Source: Spirochaetia bacterium (GTDB lineage: Bacteria > Spirochaetota > Spirochaetia > SZUA-6 > Bin103). Taken from it: 64,000 nt of DNA. The position numbers and the translations under genes are program-made. The notes beneath the pieces are model-generated. The model had not been told where the DNA came from, ran no database searches, and saw only the letters and a list, made by a program, of their open reading frames with translations. Location: assembly GCA_965203055.1 (NCBI GenBank), contig OZ241863.1, forward strand, positions 2,592,001-2,656,000, written 5' to 3'. Below are positions 1 to 9,599 of this stretch, piece by piece (within the stretch, counting starts at the first letter, position 1; each line of letters opens with the position of its first letter).

Positions 1-12
1 GACCAAAACGCC

Positions 13-738
13 ATGGGCGCTCTGATGGTGGCCGACGCGTTGTTCGATCGGCCCCCGTTTGCAAGTGCGCCGCTACGTTCCAGCCCAAGACGGACCTATG
101 ACCCCAGCCGACCATCACCGGACCCGCAGGGAAGTTACGTTCCCACCCTGCTGTCGAGCATGCAACTCAACAACGCAGATCAGTGGATGGATCTGAAGAA
201 GAAGATGGAGGGCTATGGGCGTACCTCGGGCCTGTTCGACGAGTTGTCAGTAAAGCCATTCGGTTCCTCCGAAGGGGCTCCGTTTCAACTTCAGATAAGA
301 AAGTTCGGTAAGCGAGTCAAGGGAATGAAACGCAATCTGATCGACGTGGGATACGGCGTAAGCCAGGCGCTTCCCGTACTGGTGGAGTTGTTCCGACCTG
401 ATGGCGCGTCGATGTTCCTCCTGCAGCAACCGGAAGTGCACTTGCATCCCAGCGCCCAGGCAGAACTCGGCAGCCTGTTTTGTACCGCTGCTGCGTCGGG
501 GCGTCAACTTATCGTCGAAACTCACAGCGAGTACATCATGGATCGTGTCCGAATGGACCTCCGCGACCGAAAGACAGACTTGACACCGGATGACGTGTCC
601 ATCTTATTCTTCGAGCGGTCCGATCTGGAGGTTCGCATCCACTCCGTGAGGTTCGATCAGCAAGGCAACGTTCTGAATGCGCCGAGTAGCTACGGGCGGT
701 TCTTCATGGACGAAACACGCCGGTCGGTAGGTCTCTGA
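13..738 (+). CDS. ABC/AAA_21-type ATPase, C-terminal half (gene probably starts before the window)
   Basis: ABC signature-like VGYGVSQALP, Walker B region FLLQQPEVHLHP, H-loop IVETHS; clear paralog of 925-2259; Walker A not inside window. Confidence 0.8.
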   Translation: MGALMVADALFDRPPFASAPLRSSPRRTYDPSRPSPDPQGSYVPTLLSSMQLNNADQWMDLKKKMEGYGRTSGLFDELSVKPFGSSEGAPFQLQIRKFGKRVKGMKRNLIDVGYGVSQALPVLVELFRPDGASMFLLQQPEVHLHPSAQAELGSLFCTAAASGRQLIVETHSEYIMDRVRMDLRDRKTDLTPDDVSILFFERSDLEVRIHSVRFDQQGNVLNAPSSYGRFFMDETRRSVGL

Positions 739-848
739 TGTGCGCTATCGTAGACGCCAACGTGGCACATCAGGTATTACGGACGCACATAGACAACTCC
801 TTGCCGCACGCAATCTCTGTCGCGCACCACGGACTTGACGATGTCTGA
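738..848 (+). pseudogene. Truncated PIN-domain gene remnant (36 codons)
   Basis: TGATG overlap with the ATPase stop; reads MCAIVDANVAHQVL..., matching the start MCAIVDASAVFEVF of the PIN gene at 2259, then diverges and stops at 846-848. Confidence 0.6.
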
Positions 849-924
849 CACCGGATCCGAACGCATGCTACCTCGCCGTTATAGGAGATCCCGGACCGCG
901 AAGGACCGATCTGATACGAGGCTG

Positions 925-2259
925 ATGCAGGAGCTCAGTGTTCAGAACTTTCGCTGCTTTTGCGGACCGCAGGCCGCTCGGCTGGCGCCTCTCACCCTGC
1001 TGGTGGGTGAAAACAGTACCGGAAAGACTTCGTTTCTCGCAGCGGTGACTGCGATTCTGGAGGTGGCGAATTACGATGGAGACCCTGATTTCCGAGCCAT
1101 TCCCTACGATCTCGGATCGTTTCCTGAGATTGCTCACCGGCAGCACCCGCACGGCCGGCATGAGGGAGCAGAGTCGTTCAGCATTGGTGTCCGTTTCACC
1201 GATTCGGAGGTAGAACCAGTCGGAGTAGACGCCACGTTCGTCCTCGGTGTTGGAGCTGCTCCTATTCTCGGGTCCGTGACATGGAGCGCCGGGGACGTAT
1301 GGATTCGAGGACTGGGACGTGAGGCGGAGGCCGGCACGGAACTAGGTAGCACGAGTGGAGCCTGGCGGCTGACGGCGTCGAGCGGGGCGGCCGATCTTCG
1401 TCATCTCTACCGCGGCGATTCGTATTCGCTGGTGCGGACCCTCCGACAAGCCATGGAGAGCGGGTCACCGGGAAAACTACGGCCGCTGCAAGGAGATACT
1501 CCGGCCGTCCCTACCGGGGATGACTATCGCAAGCTAATCGGTCTATGCGTCAACAGTACAGAATTTGACGTAGCGGCTACTCACGGGGCATCGATTCGAT
1601 CCAGTCCCCGTCGCACCTACGATCCGGTACGGCTGACACCGGACTCACAGGGTTTCTCGATGCCGTCATTCCTCGCTAGTGCATATTCTCAAGATGCCGA
1701 CCGGTGGCGGCTGATGAAACGGCATCTGGAGGAATTCGGCCGCTCATCGGGTCTGTTCGACGAGATATTCGTGAACCGTCTCGGACGAGAAAAGTTCGGA
1801 CCTTTTCAGTTGGAGATACGAAAGTGGGGCAAGAAGCGCAAGGGCCTAAAACATAACCTTGTCGACGTGGGCTACGGAGTGAGCCAGGTCTTGCCGCTGT
1901 TGGTAGACCTGATGTACCCGCGCGGATCATCGCCGTTTCTCTTGCAGCAGCCGGAGATACACCTGCATCCGAGCGCCCAGGCAGAACTCGGTAGCTTGTT
2001 CTGCGCAACGGCAGCATCCGGCCGCCAGCTCATCATCGAGACCCACAGCGACTACCTCGTCGACCGCATCCTGCTCGATATTCGCGACAAACGCACCGAC
2101 CTGAAGCCGGACGACGTATCGATCCTCTATTTCGAGCGCGAAGATCTGGCGGTGACCATCCACTCGATATCCATCGATGATGAAGGCAACGTGCTTGACG
2201 CTCCCGAGGGATACCGCAAGTTCTTCAAGGATGAGCTGCAACGGGTGATCGACTACTGA
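925..2259 (+). CDS. ABC/AAA_21-type ATPase
   Basis: MQELSVQNFRCF start, Walker A GENSTGKTS, VGYGVSQVLP, LLQQPEIHLHP, IIETHS; start could be further upstream (835/841). Confidence 0.85.
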   Translation: MQELSVQNFRCFCGPQAARLAPLTLLVGENSTGKTSFLAAVTAILEVANYDGDPDFRAIPYDLGSFPEIAHRQHPHGRHEGAESFSIGVRFTDSEVEPVGVDATFVLGVGAAPILGSVTWSAGDVWIRGLGREAEAGTELGSTSGAWRLTASSGAADLRHLYRGDSYSLVRTLRQAMESGSPGKLRPLQGDTPAVPTGDDYRKLIGLCVNSTEFDVAATHGASIRSSPRRTYDPVRLTPDSQGFSMPSFLASAYSQDADRWRLMKRHLEEFGRSSGLFDEIFVNRLGREKFGPFQLEIRKWGKKRKGLKHNLVDVGYGVSQVLPLLVDLMYPRGSSPFLLQQPEIHLHPSAQAELGSLFCATAASGRQLIIETHSDYLVDRILLDIRDKRTDLKPDDVSILYFEREDLAVTIHSISIDDEGNVLDAPEGYRKFFKDELQRVIDY

Positions 2260-2732
2260 TGTGTGCCATCGTTGATGCCAGCGCGGTGTTCGAGGTGTTT
2301 GGCAGGAGGCAGACCGAGGCTGGGCGCCGATTCAGGGACTGGTTGGACAGCGGCCGCGGACAGATCGTGGTCGGCGGCAAAGTGCTGGAGGAACTGACGA
2401 AAAACGGGAACTTCAATCGCTGGTTCGTGGAGGCGCGCCGGTCGGGTGGCAGCGTACGCCAGTTGCCCGCGGAGACCATGCTGGAACAGGAAACTCAGAT
2501 CGACCGCGGCCTGATGCGTTCCAACGATCAGCACGTTGTCGCTCTTGCCCTGGTGAGTGGAGCGCGCTTGCTTTATGCCAATGACAAACTGCTGCAGCAT
2601 GACTTCACGAACCGGCAGGTGGTCTCCGGTGTGGAGGGGCGCATCTATACCTCTCGTCCGGACGGGCGGTTCACGGACCATCACCAAGCGTTGCTGCAAA
2701 CGCCGAACCTCTGCGGCGGGCAGTCCTGTTGA
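2259..2732 (+). CDS. PIN-domain protein (putative ribonuclease)
   Basis: Acidic PIN pattern: IVDAS, LEEL, SNDQHVVALA, YANDKLL; TGATG coupling to the ATPase. Confidence 0.75.
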   Translation: MCAIVDASAVFEVFGRRQTEAGRRFRDWLDSGRGQIVVGGKVLEELTKNGNFNRWFVEARRSGGSVRQLPAETMLEQETQIDRGLMRSNDQHVVALALVSGARLLYANDKLLQHDFTNRQVVSGVEGRIYTSRPDGRFTDHHQALLQTPNLCGGQSC

Positions 2733-2735
2733 ACG

Positions 2736-5700
2736 ATGCCTGCTGCTGATCCGAACACCCGCGCCCATCTGGAATGGCTGGGCTACATCCAGCCGCACGG
2801 TCTGGTGGTGTCGCCGCCGGCGCTGCTCAAGGCGGGCGCGTTCGTCAACCGCCAGGATACCCACCGGCAGGCGCTGCTCGCCGGCTGCGCCGAGGAACGC
2901 GAGCTCGCTCCCGACCGGCAGCCCACCGCATACATCCGCGACTTCCGCGAGTTCGCCGCCGCGGTGCTCGGCTGGGGCTTCTCGCCCCGGGGCTACGCCG
3001 GCTTCACTGAAGAGTCTCCGATCCCTGAAGAACTCACGCTGCCGTTGCCAGACTACGGCGAGACCCTGCGCCCCGACTTCGCGGTGCGCGAACGCGACCC
3101 CGGCAACGGCGAGTCGCCGTGGCAACTGCTGGTGCAGGTGCTGGCCGCCGGGCAGGAGTTCGACCGCCCGGCGCCCGGCCCCGGCGGGCTGGACGCATCC
3201 GCCCAGGGGCGCGCGGAACGCCTGCTGCGCGCCACCGGGGTGCGCGCCGGCGTGCTGGTCAACGGCGTTGCGCTGCGCCTGATCTCCGCCCCGCACGGGG
3301 AGAGTTCCGGCTGGATCGATTTCCGCTTCGCCGACCTGCTCACCACCGCCGGGCGCCCGCTCTGCTCAGCCCTGCACCTGCTCCTGGGCGAGCAGCGGCT
3401 GCTGGCGCTGCCGCGCCATGAACGCCTCACCGCCGTGCTGGCCGACAGCCGGCTGTATCAGAACGAGGTGTCCGAGCGCCTCGCCGAGCAGGTGCTGCAC
3501 GCGCTGTACGAACTGGTGCGGGGCTTCCAGAACGCCCATGCCGCCACCGACGGCGCGCTGCTGAGCGAGCCGCTGGCCGCCGGCGGGGACCGCAACGCCA
3601 TCTACCGCGGGTTGCTGACCGTGATCCTGCGGCTGGTCTTTCTGTTGTACGCCGAGGAGCGCGGCCTGCTGCCGAAGGACGAGACCTTCGCGCGCCACTA
3701 CTTGCTGGGCGGCCTCTACCGGCGGCTGCGCAAGGACGCTGCGGCCTACCCGGACACGATGGATCAGCGCTACGGCGCCTGGGCGCAGTTGGTGGTGCTG
3801 TTCCGTCTGCTCCACGACGGAATACCGGCGGGCGGCGGCGGCGCGGTGAGTCTGCCGGAGCGCCGCGGGGCGCTGTTCGACCCGGACCGCTACCGGTTCC
3901 TGGAAGGCCGCCGCGGCGGCGGGTCGCGGCAGCGGAACGCGCGGCTGGAGCCGCCGCGGGTGTCGGACGGAGTGGTCTACCGGGTGTTGGAAAAGCTGCT
4001 GGTGCTGGACGGGGAGCGGCTCTCCTACCGGACGCTGGACGTGGAGCAGATCGGCTCGGTGTACGAGACGATCATGGGGTTTCGGCTGGAGACGGCGACC
4101 GGTCGCTCGCTGGCGGTCAAGCCGGCGAAGAAGCTGGGCGCGCCCACCACCATCGACCTGGACGCGCTGCTGGCGCAGCCTGCGGGGCGCCGCGGGCGCT
4201 GGCTGCAGGAGCGCGCGGACCGCCCCGTCAGCGCCGCGGTTGCGAAGGGGCTGCGCGCCGCGCGGACGGTGAACGACCTGCACGCGGCGCTGGACCGGGT
4301 GCTGGATCACGCCGCGACGCCGGACCTGGTGCCGCGCGGCGGGCTGGTGCTGCAGCCCAACGAGGAGCGGCGCCGTTCCGGCTCGCACTACACGCCGCGG
4401 GAGCTGACCGAGCCGATCGTGCGCCACACCCTGGCGCCGCTGCTGGAGCGGCTGCGTGCCGCGGACGGCCGCGCGCCGGCGCCGGAGCAGGTCCTCGAAC
4501 TCAAGATCTGCGATCCGGCGATGGGTTCGGGGGCGTTTCTGGTGGAGACCTGCCGCCAGCTTGCCGACGCCCTGATCGAGGCATGGGGCGCGCACGGCGC
4601 GACGCCCGACATTCCGCCGGACGAGGCCGAGGTGACCTTCGCGCGGCGGCTGGTGGCGCAGAAGTGTCTCTACGGCATCGACCGCAACCCGATGGCGGTG
4701 GACTTGGCCAAGGTGTCGCTGTGGCTGAGCACGCTGGCGCGCGACCATCCGTTCACCTTCGTGGACCACGCCTTCCGCCGCGGCGACTCGCTCCTCGGGC
4801 TGACGCGGCGGCAGCTCGAAGCGCTGCACTGGCAGGGCGGGCAGCCGATCCTGGCCGGCTTCGGGGTGGGCGAGGCGATGGAACAGGCCGCGGCGTTGCG
4901 GCGCCGCATTCGGGAAGCGGACGACACCGTGACCGACCGGCAGTTGCGGACGCTGTGGCGCGGAGCGCGGGACGTGCTGACCGAGGTGCGGCGATTCGGC
5001 GATCTGACCCTGGCAGCGTTCTTCGAGGGCTCGAAGCCGAAGGAGCGCGCGGCCCGCCGGGAGGCGTACCAGGAAGCGATTCTGACGCGGCAGGCGCGGC
5101 GTTACGCCGCGGAGTTGAAGGCGCGCCGTTACACTCAAGAAAAGCCGTTCGCGCCGTTTCACTGGGAGATCGAGTTTCCCGAGGTGTTCGAGCGCGAGAA
5201 CCCGGGCTTCGACGGTTTCGTCGGCAACCCGCCGTTCGCGGGTCACGTTATAACAGCCGAAAGCAACCTGAGTCACTATACGGACTGGCTCCGCACCCAA
5301 CATCCCGGAAGTGCCGGCAAGTGTGACGTGGTTGCCCACTTCTACCGGCGGGCCTTCGACTTGCTACGAAACGGCGGGGCACTCGGATTGATCGCTACGA
5401 ACACCATCGCTCAAGGAGATACCCGATCCAGCGGGCTGCGCTGGATCTGTGAGCATGGCGGTCATATCTACCGCGCCACCAAGCGGATCAAATGGCCTGG
5501 CGATGCCGCGGTCGTCGTCAGCGTGGTACACATAGAGAAGGGCAAGTCGTCGGGCAGAAGGATGCTCGACGGTACGCCGGTGAACCGCATCACGGCGTTC
5601 CTGTTTCATCGGGGCGGGCACGCCGACCCCGTGCGGCTAGCAGCTAATTCCGGTAAGAGCTTTGTCGGGAGCTACATACTCGGTATGGGATTCACCTTCG

Positions 5701-6683
5701 ACGACACCGACCGGAAGGGAGTCGCGTCATCGCTCGCCGACATGCAACGGCTGATCGAGGCAGACCCACGCAACGGCGAGGTGATCTACCCCTACATCGG
5801 CGGTGAAGAAGTAAACACCAGCCCGACCCACGCGCATCATCGTTACGTCATCAACCTCGGCGAGCGTAGCGAGGAGGAATGTCGCCGACGCTGGCCCGAT
5901 TTGCTAGCGATCTTGGAGGAGCGGGTAAAGCCGGCCCGTTGGTTATCCACGAAACGAAGCAAATCAGGCCACGGACATCGCGCTGCCGTGTGGTGGCAGT
6001 TCATGCACCACGCCAAGGACCTCTATTCTGCCATCGCAGGTATGGAGCGAGTGCTGGTGGTCTCCCGTGTCGGCCAACACGCGGCATTCACGTTCCTGCC
6101 GAACCAAGTAGTGTACGCAGAATCAACGATCGCTTTCCCGTTGGCGAACAAGGCTGCATTCTGTACGTTGCAGTCCCGTCCCCACGAAATCTGGGCGCGC
6201 TTCTTCGGATCGTCGATGAAGGACGACCTCCGCTACAACCCTTCCGACTGCTTCGAGACCTTCCCCTTTCCCGACGGCTGGGAATGCCATCCCGCCCTCG
6301 AAGCCGCCGGCCAAGCGTACTACGAATACCGCGCCGCGCTCATGGTGGACAACGACGAGGGCATGACTAGCACCTACAACCGCTTCCACGACTTCTACGA
6401 GACCGACCCGCGCATCGCCAAGCTCCGCGAGCTACACGCCGCCATGGACCGCGCAGTGCTCGACACCTACGGCTGGACCGATATTCCTACCGATTGCGAC
6501 CTCCTCCTCGACTACGCAATCGACGAGGCCGCCTGGGGCCGCAAGAAGAAGCCGTACCGCTGGCGCTGGCCCGACGAAGTCCGCGACGAAGTGCTCGCCC
6601 GCCTCCTCGCCCTCAACGCCGACCGCGCCGCCGCCGAAGCCCGCGCCGGTACCACAGCCGGCGTTCCGGTACCCGGTAGGTAG
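2736..6683 (+). CDS. drmMI: Large N6-adenine DNA methyltransferase (type IIG/Eco57I-like), probable DISARM class I DrmMI
   Basis: Motif I DPAMGSGAFL, motif IV GNPPF, GSHYTPRELT, FHWEIEFPEVF, CFETFPFP; 1315 aa; drmABC downstream on the same strand. Confidence 0.8.
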   Translation: MPAADPNTRAHLEWLGYIQPHGLVVSPPALLKAGAFVNRQDTHRQALLAGCAEERELAPDRQPTAYIRDFREFAAAVLGWGFSPRGYAGFTEESPIPEELTLPLPDYGETLRPDFAVRERDPGNGESPWQLLVQVLAAGQEFDRPAPGPGGLDASAQGRAERLLRATGVRAGVLVNGVALRLISAPHGESSGWIDFRFADLLTTAGRPLCSALHLLLGEQRLLALPRHERLTAVLADSRLYQNEVSERLAEQVLHALYELVRGFQNAHAATDGALLSEPLAAGGDRNAIYRGLLTVILRLVFLLYAEERGLLPKDETFARHYLLGGLYRRLRKDAAAYPDTMDQRYGAWAQLVVLFRLLHDGIPAGGGGAVSLPERRGALFDPDRYRFLEGRRGGGSRQRNARLEPPRVSDGVVYRVLEKLLVLDGERLSYRTLDVEQIGSVYETIMGFRLETATGRSLAVKPAKKLGAPTTIDLDALLAQPAGRRGRWLQERADRPVSAAVAKGLRAARTVNDLHAALDRVLDHAATPDLVPRGGLVLQPNEERRRSGSHYTPRELTEPIVRHTLAPLLERLRAADGRAPAPEQVLELKICDPAMGSGAFLVETCRQLADALIEAWGAHGATPDIPPDEAEVTFARRLVAQKCLYGIDRNPMAVDLAKVSLWLSTLARDHPFTFVDHAFRRGDSLLGLTRRQLEALHWQGGQPILAGFGVGEAMEQAAALRRRIREADDTVTDRQLRTLWRGARDVLTEVRRFGDLTLAAFFEGSKPKERAARREAYQEAILTRQARRYAAELKARRYTQEKPFAPFHWEIEFPEVFERENPGFDGFVGNPPFAGHVITAESNLSHYTDWLRTQHPGSAGKCDVVAHFYRRAFDLLRNGGALGLIATNTIAQGDTRSSGLRWICEHGGHIYRATKRIKWPGDAAVVVSVVHIEKGKSSGRRMLDGTPVNRITAFLFHRGGHADPVRLAANSGKSFVGSYILGMGFTFDDTDRKGVASSLADMQRLIEADPRNGEVIYPYIGGEEVNTSPTHAHHRYVINLGERSEEECRRRWPDLLAILEERVKPARWLSTKRSKSGHGHRAAVWWQFMHHAKDLYSAIAGMERVLVVSRVGQHAAFTFLPNQVVYAESTIAFPLANKAAFCTLQSRPHEIWARFFGSSMKDDLRYNPSDCFETFPFPDGWECHPALEAAGQAYYEYRAALMVDNDEGMTSTYNRFHDFYETDPRIAKLRELHAAMDRAVLDTYGWTDIPTDCDLLLDYAIDEAAWGRKKKPYRWRWPDEVRDEVLARLLALNADRAAAEARAGTTAGVPVPGR

Positions 6684-6733
6684 ATCAGACCTGTTGACGG
6701 CGGCAACGTGTTCGGCTAATCTCTGAGACAGTC

Positions 6734-7156
6734 ATGGAGCGGCAACTCAAACACCTCGAGTTCGTCCAGGGCGTAGTAAGCCGTCTGGCCGCCAACTCGT
6801 TCCGCATAAAGGGATGGAGCGTGGTACTGGTCTCCGCTCTGTTCGTCCTGGCAGCACGAGAGGGCCGGATCGCGTTCTCCTTCATCGCCCTGGTCCCTCT
6901 CGCCTTCCTCTGGTGGCTGGACGGCTACTTCCTCTGGCAGGAGCGTCTGTTCCGAGCGCTGTATGACCACGTGCGAAGTCTGGACGAATCCAAGATAGAC
7001 TTTTCGATGAACGTTGCTCCGTTCATGGGCAATCGTCCTCGAACATGGCGGAGCGCGATATTCTCGAAGACATTGGTCATATTCTATGTCGCGTTGAGTA
7101 CCACCGTCTTCCTTGCCGTCGCGATATACCTGATCTTCAATGGAGGGCCGTCGTGA
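6734..7156 (+). CDS. Small membrane protein (about 3 TM helices), putative effector coupled to TIR gene
   Basis: KHLEFVQGVVSRLAANSFRIKGW start; hydrophobic stretches WSVVLVSALFVLA, IAFSFIALVPLAFLWWL, LVIFYVALSTTVFLAVAIYLIF; GTGA overlap with next gene. Confidence 0.75.
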   Translation: MERQLKHLEFVQGVVSRLAANSFRIKGWSVVLVSALFVLAAREGRIAFSFIALVPLAFLWWLDGYFLWQERLFRALYDHVRSLDESKIDFSMNVAPFMGNRPRTWRSAIFSKTLVIFYVALSTTVFLAVAIYLIFNGGPS

Positions 7157-7650
7157 AACGCAGAGTGTTCTTCAGCTTCCACTACGAACCTGACGCATGG
7201 CGGGTATCGCAGATTCGCAGCATCGGGGCACTTGAAAGAAATAGGCCGGTTACCGACAACGACTGGGAGCAAATAAAGCGAGGCGGCGCTGACGCGATCA
7301 AACGATGGATCGCGGGGCAGATGAAGTACCGTTCCTGTACGGTCGTGCTGGTAGGATCGAACACCGCCAACCGAAAGTGGATCAACTATGAGATCGTCAA
7401 GTCATGGAATGACGGTATGGGAGTCGTGGGGATACATATTCACGGATTGGAAGACCAGAACGGTAGCACGTCATCCAAAGGAAAAAATCCATTCGATTTC
7501 ATTTCTGACGGAAATGGCGTATTGCTTTCTTCGATAGTAAAATGTTATAATCCAAGCGGCTTCAATGGCACGCAGCGCTACGCCTGGATTTCCCAAGACC
7601 TTGCAAATGCCGTAGATGAAGCTATTTGTATCAGAAACAATTATCACTGA
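7153..7650 (+). CDS. ThsB-like (MTH538/DUF1863) TIR-domain protein
   Basis: KRRVFFSFHY, SCTVVLVG, KWINYEI (catalytic Glu position), GMGVVGIHIH, GKNPF; GTG start at 7153. Confidence 0.85.
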   Translation: MKRRVFFSFHYEPDAWRVSQIRSIGALERNRPVTDNDWEQIKRGGADAIKRWIAGQMKYRSCTVVLVGSNTANRKWINYEIVKSWNDGMGVVGIHIHGLEDQNGSTSSKGKNPFDFISDGNGVLLSSIVKCYNPSGFNGTQRYAWISQDLANAVDEAICIRNNYH

Positions 7651-7682
7651 TACCAACAACTCAACGCTACACGAATCGTCTG

Positions 7683-8870
7683 ATGATCACTCGGGTACGC
7701 CTGCGAAACTACAGGAGCATCGCCGCCTGCTCCGTCGCACTGAAGCCGCTGACGATTCTGGTCGGTCCGAACGGCGCCGGCAAGAGCAACTTCCTTGACG
7801 GGTTGCGCTTCATGGCGGAATCGCTCCGGTACTCTCTGGAGCATGCGCTGCGCGATCGTGGCGGAATCGACGAAGTGCGGCGGCGATCGGATGACCGTGC
7901 GGACAGCTTCGCGATTCGCATCGACGTGCGACTTGCGGACGCGGCGGGCTGGTACGGGTTCGAGATCGGCGCAACCGGGAAGGGAGGTTACGTCGTGCGG
8001 CGCGAGGAATGCGTCGTCAGATCGGCCCACCCGGAACGATGCGGCTTCTTTCGGGTCCGTCACGGCGAGACCGTCGTCAGCTCCATTCGCCATCCACCGC
8101 CGAACCCCGGAAGGGACCGCCTCTACTTGTTGCGGGCGTCTGCGTACCCCCCGTTCCGACCCGTGTACGACGCCCTGGCCGCCATGGGATTCTACCACCT
8201 GGACCCGGAGCGCATCCGCGACCTCCAGGCACGGGACTCCGGCGACCTCCTGGAGCGGTCCGGGGAGAACATTGCGAGCGTCCTCGACCGGCTTCGGTCG
8301 CACTCGCCGGCCAACGCGGCGCGCATCGACGAGTATCTGTCGGCAATCGTTCCGGGCGTGGTAGGTGTGGAGCCGCTGTCGGTCGGTCCGCGGTTGACCC
8401 TGGAGTTTCAGGAGCAGCCGCCGGGGAAAGCTCCTCGGCGCTTCCTCGCCGGCGCCATGTCGGATGGAACGCTGCACGTGTTGGGCCTGCTGGTGGCGCT
8501 GTTTCAACATGCGGATGGCGCCTCGGAGCGTCCCGGACTGGTGGGAATCGAAGAACCGGAGACCGCGCTGCACCCCGCCGCCGCAGGGGCGCTGACCGAC
8601 GTGCTGCAGGAAACGAGCGAGCGCGTGCAGGTGATCGTCACCAGCCACAGCGCGGATTTGCTGGACCGGGACGCGATCTCGGAAGATTCCATCGTGGCCG
8701 TGGACGCGGAACAAGGCGAGACCCGAATCGCGCGGCTCGACGAGACCGGCCGTACCACCTGCCGTGACGGCCTGTTCACCGCCGGCGAGTTGCTCCGTAT
8801 GGACCAACTGAGCCCGGACCCGGATGCCGCGGCGTCCGTGGACCTGGACCTCTTTCGCGACGAGGAATGA
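7683..8870 (+). CDS. ABC/AAA_21-type ATPase
   Basis: MITRVRLRNYRSI, Walker A GPNGAGKSN, signature MSDGT, Walker B IEEPETALHP, VTSHS. Confidence 0.9.
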   Translation: MITRVRLRNYRSIAACSVALKPLTILVGPNGAGKSNFLDGLRFMAESLRYSLEHALRDRGGIDEVRRRSDDRADSFAIRIDVRLADAAGWYGFEIGATGKGGYVVRREECVVRSAHPERCGFFRVRHGETVVSSIRHPPPNPGRDRLYLLRASAYPPFRPVYDALAAMGFYHLDPERIRDLQARDSGDLLERSGENIASVLDRLRSHSPANAARIDEYLSAIVPGVVGVEPLSVGPRLTLEFQEQPPGKAPRRFLAGAMSDGTLHVLGLLVALFQHADGASERPGLVGIEEPETALHPAAAGALTDVLQETSERVQVIVTSHSADLLDRDAISEDSIVAVDAEQGETRIARLDETGRTTCRDGLFTAGELLRMDQLSPDPDAAASVDLDLFRDEE

Positions 8871-8873
8871 TCC

Positions 8874-9503
8874 TTGATCCGAATCGTGGCCATCGTCGAA
8901 GGCGATGGCGAAGTGAAGGCGGTGCCGGTGCTGCTCCGGCGGATCGGCGCGGCAGTGGCGCCGCTCGCGGCGCTCGACGTAGCGCGGCCGATCCGCGTGT
9001 CGCGCGGGCGATTTCTCAAAGGGAGCGGCCTGGAACGCTACGTGAGCTTGGCTGCGAGTCGCGCAGGGCCGGGCGGTCGCATTCTGGTGCTGCTCGACGC
9101 GAACGGCGATTGCCCGGCGGAACTCGGCGCCGCCCTGCTGCGGCGCGCCCGCGCCACGCGGCCGGACCTGCTCATCGAGGTGGTGCTGGCCAAGTGCGAA
9201 TACGAGGCGTGGTTCATCGCGGCGGCTGATTCCCTGCGCGGCACACGCGGCATATCGAATGCCGCCAACGTACCGCCTGACCCGGAATCGATCCGCGGCG
9301 CCAAGGAGTGGCTCCGCGCCCGGATGAGCGGCCCCTACAGCCCCACCGCCGACCAAGCCGCGCTCACCGCCCGGTTCGACATGACGGCGGCCCGCCGCCG
9401 CGCGCCGTCGTTCGACAAGATGTGGCGCGCCGTCGGCGTCCTGATGCTCTCCGCCCGGTCGCAGGAGGATCAGCCAGGCTGCCGGCCACCTACCGTCCGG
9501 TAG
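8874..9503 (+). CDS. DUF4276-like (TOPRIM-like) protein
   Basis: IVEGDGE, LLDANGDCP, EYEAWF motifs; TTG start 7 nt after a GAGGA SD; usual partner type of the upstream ATPase. Confidence 0.75.
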   Translation: MIRIVAIVEGDGEVKAVPVLLRRIGAAVAPLAALDVARPIRVSRGRFLKGSGLERYVSLAASRAGPGGRILVLLDANGDCPAELGAALLRRARATRPDLLIEVVLAKCEYEAWFIAAADSLRGTRGISNAANVPPDPESIRGAKEWLRARMSGPYSPTADQAALTARFDMTAARRRAPSFDKMWRAVGVLMLSARSQEDQPGCRPPTVR

Positions 9504-9599
9504 TGCAATTCCAGGCATGCAGCACGGCGGCACTCCAAAACTGGACAGGCATCACCTATTCAGTTACCCTGAAAGTGGGACTACGGAACCGTGGCGGTG

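Noticed and set aside
8867..8880. atgatcc-ttgatcc looked like a 7-bp duplication frameshifting the DUF4276-like gene
   Set aside because: The GAGGA SD is properly spaced for the TTG at 8874 and abuts the ATG at 8867, so TTG is a natural start
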